Position numbers and translations under genes: made by a program. Shown one piece after another: positions 18,057 through 25,197 of a DNA stretch of 64,000 bases (position 1 is its first letter; each line of letters starts with the position of its first letter). The DNA comes from a virus: IMG/VR virus record IMGVR_UViG_3300046522_000512, positions 1 through 64,000 of that record, one strand, 5' to 3'. The notes beneath the pieces were generated by a model. It made no database searches and was not told the origin of the DNA. It saw nothing but the letters and a program-made list of their open reading frames with translations.

Positions 18057-19304
18057 TCACAGGATGCGGAGGTCGTCCCACCCGTCCTTCGTGACGGAGA
18101 AGACCATCAGGCCCGGCTGGGACACCTCGCCCGAGCGCATCGTGTACCAGTCCGATCCGTTGTCCAGCGTGGGTGCCTGCACCCACAGCCGGCCCGCGCC
18201 GAGCTGCTGCGCACGGAAGTGGTGGAAGTGCCCGGACACGAGGATCTTGGCGTCCGCGATGGGCTGACGACCGAACGTCTGGCCCTTCCACCAGTCCGGC
18301 GCCTTCTCCGGGCGGGCGTACTGGTGACCGTGGTTGAGGCCCACGATGGTGCCCGCCATGTCCAGGGAGACGGTGTCGCGCCAGGGCTCCGGCGTCACGA
18401 ACGAGACGTGCCCGTACGCGTCCGGGTTCTTGGCGTACGCGTCCGCGATCTGGCTCAAGACCTCGATGCCCCAGTCGTCCTCCGGGGGCCCCACAGGGTC
18501 CTTCCCGCGCCGTACGCGGGCATGGTTGCTGCCGCACGTCGCGGCGACCACCCGAGGGAACGCGGTGGCGAGACGGTCCAGGCCCTCGAAGCTCAGCCGC
18601 CGGTGCACGCGCACCATCTGCGTGAGTGTCAGGTCGTTCGTGTATGCCTGACTCGCGACGTTCTCGAACCCCTCGATGCAGTCCCCGGCGTCGAGCCAAT
18701 ACGCGGAGTCGGGGGCCCGCCCGATCTTCCCGAGGTCACGCATGTGGTCCTGGAGCCGGTCGAAGCGCTCACCGACCCGGGCCACCAGCTCCCTGGTTCC
18801 GCCGTCCCGGCCGACCTTCCCGGCCTGCGGGTCCGCGTACACCACGGCGAGCGCCCGCTCCGTCGTCTCGGCCGGAGTGCGCGGGGTGCGGCGGCGCCGC
18901 ATCGCGTCCTTGATCAGGCTGTTGAGGTCTTCAGCGGACGCCCACCCGGGCGTCGAGGGCTCGATCAGGTAGCGGCAGCGCCACACCGGCCGGGTCACCG
19001 CGTCCTCGCCCTGCGCGTCGCGATGCCACGCGGCCGGGTCGTGGCGGGCCTCCACGAGCCTGACCCGGTAGCCCTCGGGCACGACTAGGCCGAGCTCCTC
19101 CACCCGCTCACGCCAACCGAGTTCGTCCTGTCCCGGCGCCTCGGCGGCCGGCGCGGTGACGAGCATCGATCCGCCCGGCTCGTAGCGCACCCCGGGCTCC
19201 CAGCCCTTCGGCGCCGCGGTGGTGGGCCGGGTCGTCTCCGGCGGTGTGGTCTGCTCTGCAGAGGCGGGCGCCAGGAGCGCATCTAGCTGTTCGTCGAGAC
19301 TCAT
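18057..19304 (-). CDS. Calcineurin-like metallophosphoesterase/nuclease
   Basis: Motifs ADPQAGK, AGDCIEG, GSNH, HGH and GHFHH. ATG 19304 overlaps the upstream stop (ATGA). Confidence 0.85.
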   Translation of the reverse strand: MSLDEQLDALLAPASAEQTTPPETTRPTTAAPKGWEPGVRYEPGGSMLVTAPAAEAPGQDELGWRERVEELGLVVPEGYRVRLVEARHDPAAWHRDAQGEDAVTRPVWRCRYLIEPSTPGWASAEDLNSLIKDAMRRRRTPRTPAETTERALAVVYADPQAGKVGRDGGTRELVARVGERFDRLQDHMRDLGKIGRAPDSAYWLDAGDCIEGFENVASQAYTNDLTLTQMVRVHRRLSFEGLDRLATAFPRVVAATCGSNHARVRRGKDPVGPPEDDWGIEVLSQIADAYAKNPDAYGHVSFVTPEPWRDTVSLDMAGTIVGLNHGHQYARPEKAPDWWKGQTFGRQPIADAKILVSGHFHHFRAQQLGAGRLWVQAPTLDNGSDWYTMRSGEVSQPGLMVFSVTKDGWDDLRIL

Positions 19305-19570
19305 CGCGGGCACCTGCATCCGTTCGAGGCGCCGCGGCGCCGGTGCCGTGCCACAGACGGGGCTTGCACGGGATAGCCGCTGGCCGTGAGCGTGTCCGCG
19401 ATCCGTGTGGAAGTCACCATGCGGGTGTCGAGCAGCCCGTTCAGCTTCTCTGCGGTCGCGGCGTCGAGAGACGCCAGGATGTCGCCGACCGTGCAGCGCG
19501 CGCCGCGGCGTGGGGCGGGCTCGGTCATGAGCTGGGTCAGGGCCGTGCTCAGCCCGTCAGTGTCTGCCAC
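19301..19570 (-). CDS. Small HTH/Zn-binding protein coupled to the phosphoesterase
   Basis: CTVG...STRIADTLTASGYPVQAPSVARHRR...CRC. Confidence 0.75.
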   Translation of the reverse strand: MADTDGLSTALTQLMTEPAPRRGARCTVGDILASLDAATAEKLNGLLDTRMVTSTRIADTLTASGYPVQAPSVARHRRRGASNGCRCPR

Positions 19571-19597
19571 GGCGGATCCTCGCTCTCTCCATGAGTA

Positions 19598-19625
19598 CGG
19601 GGCCGGACCATACGGTCCGGCCCCG
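19598..19625. terminator. Stem-loop downstream of the major capsid gene, overlapping promoter copy 8
   Basis: CGGGGCCGGACC-ATAC-GGTCCGGCCCCG. Confidence 0.65.
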
Positions 19626-19633
19626 CTAACGTC
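19607..19633 (-). promoter_or_regulatory. Putative late promoter (copy 8)
   Basis: GACGTTAGC-N12-TATGGT. Confidence 0.55.
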
Positions 19634-19669
19634 CCCGAGTGCTGACTTTCACGACCGGTAGGCCGCTAC

Positions 19670-20974
19670 TTACACCGGGTCGGTCCACGTACCAATGACG
19701 AAGCTCTCCGGTCGGGAAACCTCAAGTGCCAGCCGCTCGTCGGCACGGAACGTGAGGACGCCCCTCTCGAAGTTGTCGCTGTTCTCCGAGGACACGGTGA
19801 CCGACACGTTCTCCCGGTCGTAGATCTGCGCGCCCATCCCGAACGAGCCGAGGAGGTACTTGTCGTCGGGCATGGCCGTGGTCTCGACGACGTTGACGCG
19901 CCACACGCGCTTCTGGGCGCCGACGGCGACCTGGAGCGCGACGCGGAAGGCGCCGTTGTTGTCGGTCTCGACCTCGACCTGCTCCCACATGGTGGGGCTG
20001 AGGACGACGCCGGTCGGCTCATACTCGGCGAGCAACGCCTTGGTCATCGCGCGCCGCATCTGGATGGAGAACTTGTCGGTGTTCTGCCCGGTGTACGTCT
20101 GGACGCCGGTGGTGTTGAACAGGCCGGTGATCTTGGTGCCGTCGGTGCCGACCGAGTGAAGGAGGTCCCAGTCCTCGGCAAACTTGATGCCCTCGATCAG
20201 ACGGCTGTTGATGAACTGCTTCAGACGCGGTTCGTCGGACAGGATGTTCTTGTGCCCGTCGAGCATGTGGGCGATCTCGCTGACCGGGAAGGAAACCGGC
20301 TGGAGGGTCAGCTTCGAGCGGGGGGCCCGTCCGAACACGTCGGTGTCGAGGCCGGTCGGCGCGGACGTGCCGTCGGCCGCGCGACGCTCGGCGACCTGCG
20401 CGGCGTTGTTCACCCAGCCGGTCTCGCGGATGCCCTGAAGTACCGCGTTCTTCGTGGTCGCCTTCGGGAAAAGATCGCGAATGTGGAACTTTCGGCGCTG
20501 CGCGTCGGTGATCCCGAGATCCTGGACGCCGCCGAGGGCCGCGTGGGTCTGGGTGCCGGCCGACAGGGAGAAGATCGACTTCCCCTCCATCTCGGCGCGG
20601 ATGAACGGGCGGTCCTTGAACTGCGCGCGGGCCGCGGCCTGGTAGGCGTCGGACGCGACGAACATGTCACCGAGAGACTTGACCTCGGTGTCGGAGCCGG
20701 AGCCGCCGCCGCCGTAGTACTGACCCGCGGCCGAGGAGCCGGCGGGGGCGTCGAGGTACTGGCCGAGGGCTTCGGCGCCGGTCGCGGCGTCGATCAGGCC
20801 CTTGATCTCCTGGGCGTCCTTGACCGCCTTGACGTAGGCGTTGCGCTGCTCGGTGGAGACGACGAATGCGCCGTTCTCCTCCTTGAACGTTCCTGCGATG
20901 CGCTCGGCTTCGGCTGACTTCTCGTTGAGCTGGCTCTTCAGCGAGCGCAGAAGGCTCTGGTCGGTGGTAGGCAT
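19670..20974 (-). CDS. HK97-family major capsid protein
   Basis: Coiled-coil delta domain then EVKSLG, IRDLFP, IAH and DNFERGVLTFRADERLALEVSRPESFV, matching the HK97 gp5 C-terminal pattern. Confidence 0.95.
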   Translation of the reverse strand: MPTTDQSLLRSLKSQLNEKSAEAERIAGTFKEENGAFVVSTEQRNAYVKAVKDAQEIKGLIDAATGAEALGQYLDAPAGSSAAGQYYGGGGSGSDTEVKSLGDMFVASDAYQAAARAQFKDRPFIRAEMEGKSIFSLSAGTQTHAALGGVQDLGITDAQRRKFHIRDLFPKATTKNAVLQGIRETGWVNNAAQVAERRAADGTSAPTGLDTDVFGRAPRSKLTLQPVSFPVSEIAHMLDGHKNILSDEPRLKQFINSRLIEGIKFAEDWDLLHSVGTDGTKITGLFNTTGVQTYTGQNTDKFSIQMRRAMTKALLAEYEPTGVVLSPTMWEQVEVETDNNGAFRVALQVAVGAQKRVWRVNVVETTAMPDDKYLLGSFGMGAQIYDRENVSVTVSSENSDNFERGVLTFRADERLALEVSRPESFVIGTWTDPV

Positions 20975-21057
20975 TTTGGTTGCACTCCCTGTGCTGGACG
21001 GGCGATGACGTGCGCATCACGCCCGGCCAGCACCGGGACGTCTCAACGCTGGGGCGC

Positions 21058-21085
21058 ATGGAAAGGCACAGGGGGTGTTAGCGTC
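21058..21085 (-). promoter_or_regulatory. Putative late promoter (copy 9, capsid gene)
   Basis: GACGCTAAC-N13-TTCCAT. Confidence 0.65.
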
Positions 21086-21140
21086 TCGGGCTCCCGGCCA
21101 CGCAGGGACGCGCAGCGGGGAGCCCGAGGAAAACCGCAGT

Positions 21141-23123
21141 TCAGATGGCAAGTGCGGCGAGTGCCGCCTTGACCTCCGTGGGGTCCAGGTGCACGGAGTC
21201 GTTCTCGTCGGCCGGGGTGTTCCCCGGGGGAACAGCCGTGTCGGCGTAGGGGATTGTGCTGTCGGCCGGTCCGTCGTCGGCGGTGGCGCTGTCGGCGAGT
21301 TCGTCATAGGCGGCGGGATCGCCGTCCCCGTCGTCGGGCCAGCCGTCGGTGATCGAGTACTTGTCCAGCCACGAGTCGGAGTCGTCCGAGCTGCCGTCGT
21401 CCATGGGGGCGCCCTTCTTCGACAGGGCGTCGAGGAGTTTCCCGATGGTGGGCCGCAGGTGTTCCAGGTGCGCGGGTCCGGCGTCGGACACCTCGATCAG
21501 CGCCGTGGCGTCCTGAAGAGCCCGGTCGGTCGGCCTGATGAACCGCTCGCGGGTGGACTCCGTGGCGTCGGCCAGGCGCTCCGGCCCGGCAACAGGGGTG
21601 GCCACGGTGGTGAGTTCCACCTGAACGGGCACGCCCAGGTCCACGTCCCGGCCCGACACGGTGTACGGGATGGCGTACGTGTCCGTGTCGCCGTCGTCGT
21701 AGCGGCTGACGATGATCCGGTCGGGGTAGGTCGCCTCGATCGCCACCCAGCAGCATTCCGGCTGCTCGGGGCCCCCGCCGCCGCGGTCGTCGTTGTCCGG
21801 GGTGAGCAGTGCGCGCGCAGCTTTGCTGAGCTGGTCGCGGAGCTGCTCGTAGGAGTAGGGCATGGGTGTGCTCATGAGTCGCTCCGGAAGCTGAATGGGT
21901 TCGGCGGACTTGGCCTCGATGACGATCTGCGCGGCCGACTTCTGCTCCAGCACCGCGGCGTGGGTGGCGGCCGACTTCGCCTCCATCACGATCTGCGCCG
22001 CCGACTTCGCCTCCATCGAGGCGGCGGGTGCGGCCGCGGTCTCGTCGGAGGCCGCGCCGAGCGGCACCTCGAACTCGTCGCCGCCGCGCACCACGTGGAG
22101 CGTCGTGAAGGTGACCGGGGTGGCCGGCACCGGGTCGGTGCTGTCCAGGTCGTATCCGAGGGTGACGTGCGGGGTGAACCCGTGGTCGTCGCGGACCGCC
22201 TCCGAGTACGGGGACCCGGACAGGGCGAGTACAACCTGCTGCCGCAGCTCTGCGAGGCCCGGCACGTCGACCGGCACCCACGTGGGTATGCCGTCCCCGG
22301 TGTCGGGAAAGACGCCGAGGCCGCCGAGGGTGCCCGTCAGCGGGCCCGAGTCGTTCACGGCCGGGGTGACGATGTCGCGCAGGTCGTCAGGGTGCCCGCC
22401 GAGGTCGCCGACGTCGCCGAGGTAGGCGAGCGTGATGTGCAGGCTCTCCGGGGCGGTGCCGTCGGGCTGGGCGATGGATGCGGCGACGTCGGCCGGGATC
22501 TTCAGCGCGACCATCACGCCGCGCCCCACCTGCGACTCGGCCGCCTTCAGCTCGACCGCCGACCATGTGGCCTTGCGCTCCAGTTCGTCGCGCGCCCGGG
22601 TCGCTGCCTTCACTTCGATGCTCCGCGTCATCGGGTGCGCGCCGTGAAGTACGGGGCTCACCTCGTACAGGTCCAGGTCGTGGATGATGCGGACGCCGTC
22701 GTGACGCTTGGACGCGCCGCCCGGGGGGACCTTGAAGCCGATGGAGAACTGCGCTTCGCCGTTCTCATGCCACTGGCGGACCTGTTCGTAGGCATCGCGG
22801 CCGCGGGTGGTGCGCAGGTTGTACTGGCAGGTCGCGACAAGCGCTCCGGCCTCCTTGGGCCACACGGAGCCGCCCGGGATCGAGGCGAAGCGCGGATCTC
22901 CCGGCATCCACTCCTCGATCGACAGGACACTGCCGACCGGCTCTTTCCAGTCGTGGCTCCACACCGGCTTTACACGGCGGGACGCGAGGGTGCGGGTGAA
23001 CGCTCCGGGGATGATGAGGTCTTCGACATCGTCGACCACGCCTGTGACTGCGAAGATGGCGCGGACGATGCCCTTTCCGCCGCGGGCGCGGCGCAGCATT
23101 GCGGTGGGCGGCGGGCTCGGCAC
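21141..23123 (-). CDS. HK97-type prohead protease fused to a 2H phosphoesterase (2'-5' RNA ligase/Acb1-like) and a C-terminal scaffold-like region
   Basis: Protease: DLIIPGAF, VWSHDW..PVG, FSIGF, LYEVSPVLHGA. 2H domain: LHITLAYLG and FTPHVTLGY. Confidence 0.9.
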   Translation of the reverse strand: MPSPPPTAMLRRARGGKGIVRAIFAVTGVVDDVEDLIIPGAFTRTLASRRVKPVWSHDWKEPVGSVLSIEEWMPGDPRFASIPGGSVWPKEAGALVATCQYNLRTTRGRDAYEQVRQWHENGEAQFSIGFKVPPGGASKRHDGVRIIHDLDLYEVSPVLHGAHPMTRSIEVKAATRARDELERKATWSAVELKAAESQVGRGVMVALKIPADVAASIAQPDGTAPESLHITLAYLGDVGDLGGHPDDLRDIVTPAVNDSGPLTGTLGGLGVFPDTGDGIPTWVPVDVPGLAELRQQVVLALSGSPYSEAVRDDHGFTPHVTLGYDLDSTDPVPATPVTFTTLHVVRGGDEFEVPLGAASDETAAAPAASMEAKSAAQIVMEAKSAATHAAVLEQKSAAQIVIEAKSAEPIQLPERLMSTPMPYSYEQLRDQLSKAARALLTPDNDDRGGGGPEQPECCWVAIEATYPDRIIVSRYDDGDTDTYAIPYTVSGRDVDLGVPVQVELTTVATPVAGPERLADATESTRERFIRPTDRALQDATALIEVSDAGPAHLEHLRPTIGKLLDALSKKGAPMDDGSSDDSDSWLDKYSITDGWPDDGDGDPAAYDELADSATADDGPADSTIPYADTAVPPGNTPADENDSVHLDPTEVKAALAALAI

Positions 23124-23159
23124 GGCGGGTTCCTCCTAGGCGGGGCTCTCGATGCGCGC

Positions 23160-23187
23160 ACCGTGCCCCGCCCGGGGGGTTAGCGTC
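23160..23187 (-). promoter_or_regulatory. Putative late promoter (copy 10)
   Basis: GACGCTAAC-N13-CACGGT. Confidence 0.7.
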
Positions 23188-23211
23188 CCGCCGTGGCCTT
23201 CCGGCCGGGCC

Positions 23212-23784
23212 TCACTTCCACGGCTTGCCCTTCTTCTTCTTGGGGTCCGCGGGGTCCACTTCGCCGCCCGAGCCGTCGGCCGGGTCGTTGGGGACGGCTT
23301 CGTCCGCGGTGCCGTAGTCCAGCGCGAGGCCGCCGTCGTCCGCGGCCGCGGGATCGGCGGCGGGATCGCCGGCCGCCGGGTCCTGCGCTGCGGGGTCCTG
23401 CATCGCGGGGTCCTGCGCTGCGGGGTCCGGCTGGTCGCCGGTGCCGCCGGACTGCGCCATACCGGCGTCGTCCACGTCGATGGCCCACGTGTCCGGGTCC
23501 GAGTAGCGCCACACCTGCCCGGACTCGTCACGGACCCAGCACGTCAGCGTGCCGTCCTCCGCCTTGTCCAGCCACGCCTGCTCGCCGTTGTTGCCGGAGA
23601 AAGAGGCGTACGCCTGCGCCGGATCGGTCTCGTCGCCCTCGTCGTAGGCGTCGCCCGCCCACGGCCGGGCGTCATCCTGATGCGGTGGCTGAAGCTCCGG
23701 CGGCTGTTCGGCAGCCGGGTCCATGCCCTGCGCCGCCGGGTCCTGGGACGGGGGCAGCGCCTTCACCTCGAATCTGTAGTCCAC
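23212..23784 (-). CDS. Acidic hypothetical head-module protein with QDPAA repeats
   Basis: 190 aa, apparently leaderless GTG. Begins FEVKAL, has 15-nt repeats near 23375-23430 and a basic tail KKKKGKPWK. Confidence 0.75.
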   Translation of the reverse strand: MDYRFEVKALPPSQDPAAQGMDPAAEQPPELQPPHQDDARPWAGDAYDEGDETDPAQAYASFSGNNGEQAWLDKAEDGTLTCWVRDESGQVWRYSDPDTWAIDVDDAGMAQSGGTGDQPDPAAQDPAMQDPAAQDPAAGDPAADPAAADDGGLALDYGTADEAVPNDPADGSGGEVDPADPKKKKGKPWK

Positions 23785-23791
23785 GCCGCGA

Positions 23792-23818
23792 AGGGTCGGG
23801 AGTTCAAGAGCTTGCGTC
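23792..23818 (-). promoter_or_regulatory. Putative late promoter (copy 11)
   Basis: GACGCAAGC-N12-GACCCT, 7 nt before the GTG. Confidence 0.65.
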
Positions 23819-24093
23819 TCGGCCTCCGCCAGGAGCGTGGCCCGGACGACTGCGCCCGCCTGTGGCCGGTCGGTTCGAATTGCAACAAATTGGTTAAAGC
23901 GCTAGACATGTGGCGAGAGCCCGGTGTCCGATGGGCATCGTTTTCAGCAGGGCCCCACCTCAAGGGTGTGAGCGCTTCAGGCGAACCCGACCGCCTAGTT
24001 CCCGGTCGGGTTCGCCTGACGGCTTTTCCGACGGAACGGTCGCGTACGTCCATCCACGCCCACACCATGTACCTGCCGGTACGACCAGTCTGC

Positions 24094-24222
24094 TTACCTC
24101 CAGGCCGCGATCGCGGCAATGGTTGCCACGATCAGCCCGAGGGCCGCCAGCGCGACCATCCAGCGGTCAGCGGGCCGCCAACGGCGTTTCCCCTTCTTGG
24201 GGTGCTTCTTGGGGTGGTGCAT
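24094..24222 (-). CDS. 42-aa single-pass membrane peptide
   Basis: GGGAGG RBS; MHHPKKHPKKGKRRWRPADRWMVALAALGLIVATIAAIAAWR. Too short for the ORF track. Confidence 0.65.
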   Translation of the reverse strand: MHHPKKHPKKGKRRWRPADRWMVALAALGLIVATIAAIAAWR

Positions 24223-24324
24223 GGGTTCTTCCTCCCATCGCGGTCTAGTGGACGGATAGGCATCTGCACATCTGCCTCAGCACCACCTCCAATGAGCAGG
24301 TGTCACTACCCATACCACACGCAC

Positions 24325-24361
24325 TGTGGTCTACGCCACAGGCTATGTGGTCTAAACCAAT
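24325..24361. promoter_or_regulatory. Two tandem GntR-type (dre-like) operator boxes
   Basis: TGTGGTCTACGCCACA (24325-24340) and TGTGGTCTAAACCAAT (24346-24361), 21 bp apart in an AT-richer divergent intergenic region. Confidence 0.5.
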
Positions 24362-24460
24362 AAATCTCTGTGGGGCGCTGACCAGGAATAACGCTGCTTC
24401 AGGCAACAAACTGGTCTGCATCCGTGGTGAGATCGCGTAGCAGATAGCTAGGATCGGGCT

Positions 24461-24718
24461 ATGGCTAAGACACAGTTGAACGCGCGCGTGCCGGAGGAGC
24501 TGGCCGACGAGGTCCGCTCGGCCGCGAGTAGGGCAGGCATGGACATTGGGGACTACGTCGCCGCAGTCCTTGAGGCTGACCTGGCGGCCGCGTCAGGAAG
24601 CCAAGAACTGCGACAGGCTCGCGCGAACATGCACGCTGCCGCGGCCTACAAGAAGTGGATGGCCAGTGAAAAGTCCGAAGAGGGCGCGATGAGCATGGAG
24701 GAGGTCTTCCACGCGTGA
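24461..24718 (+). CDS. Ribbon-helix-helix antitoxin-like protein
   Basis: KTQLNARVPEELADEVRSAASRAGMDIGDYVAAVL is an RHH pattern. C-terminal AMSMEEVF is typical of RelB/ParD-like antitoxins. Confidence 0.8.
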   Translation: MAKTQLNARVPEELADEVRSAASRAGMDIGDYVAAVLEADLAAASGSQELRQARANMHAAAAYKKWMASEKSEEGAMSMEEVFHA

Positions 24719-24963
24719 CGGCGATCCCGGCAAGGTTCGCTGCCCACGTCGGCGAGACCATCAAGAACCTGCCCGGCCCTGACAAGGAGGAGCTGCACAC
24801 CGCGATCCTGCGGGCGTGTGCGGACCCGATGTCGTGGCCACAGGCCGACAAATACGAGATGGACGAGACGGTGCGCGTCATCACGACGCGCACCGCCATC
24901 GTCCACTACGTGATCCTTCTCGGCGCGGACCCTCACCTGTGGCTCTTCGCCATCACGGTCTGA
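24715..24963 (+). CDS. RelE/ParE-fold toxin-like protein
   Basis: GTGA-coupled, 82 aa. ARFAAHVGETIKNLP..K..L...I...CADP followed by three beta strands. Confidence 0.6.
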   Translation: MTAIPARFAAHVGETIKNLPGPDKEELHTAILRACADPMSWPQADKYEMDETVRVITTRTAIVHYVILLGADPHLWLFAITV

Positions 24964-25180
24964 CCGCGACCACGCTGGTCTTCTGCCGAAGCAGAGCCAG
25001 CACCGCATCCGCGTCGCCCGGGTCGAGATCCCGCCGGGGCCCGAGGGGGCCGAGCAGCACCGGCGTGCCGGCGTACTGCTCGACCATCGCCCTCACCCGG
25101 CGGGACCCGGTGACCGGGCCCCCGCCGGGGATCTGGACCTGATAGGCGGAACCGTCCTCCATCGTGCCCGTCACCAGCAT
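24953..25180 (-). CDS. Small hypothetical protein directly downstream of the giant gene
   Basis: ATG 25180 after AGGAAGG; MLVTGTMEDGSAYQVQ... Confidence 0.7.
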   Translation of the reverse strand: MLVTGTMEDGSAYQVQIPGGGPVTGSRRVRAMVEQYAGTPVLLGPLGPRRDLDPGDADAVLALLRQKTSVVAVRP

Positions 25181-25197
25181 GCTTGCCTGCCTTCCTG

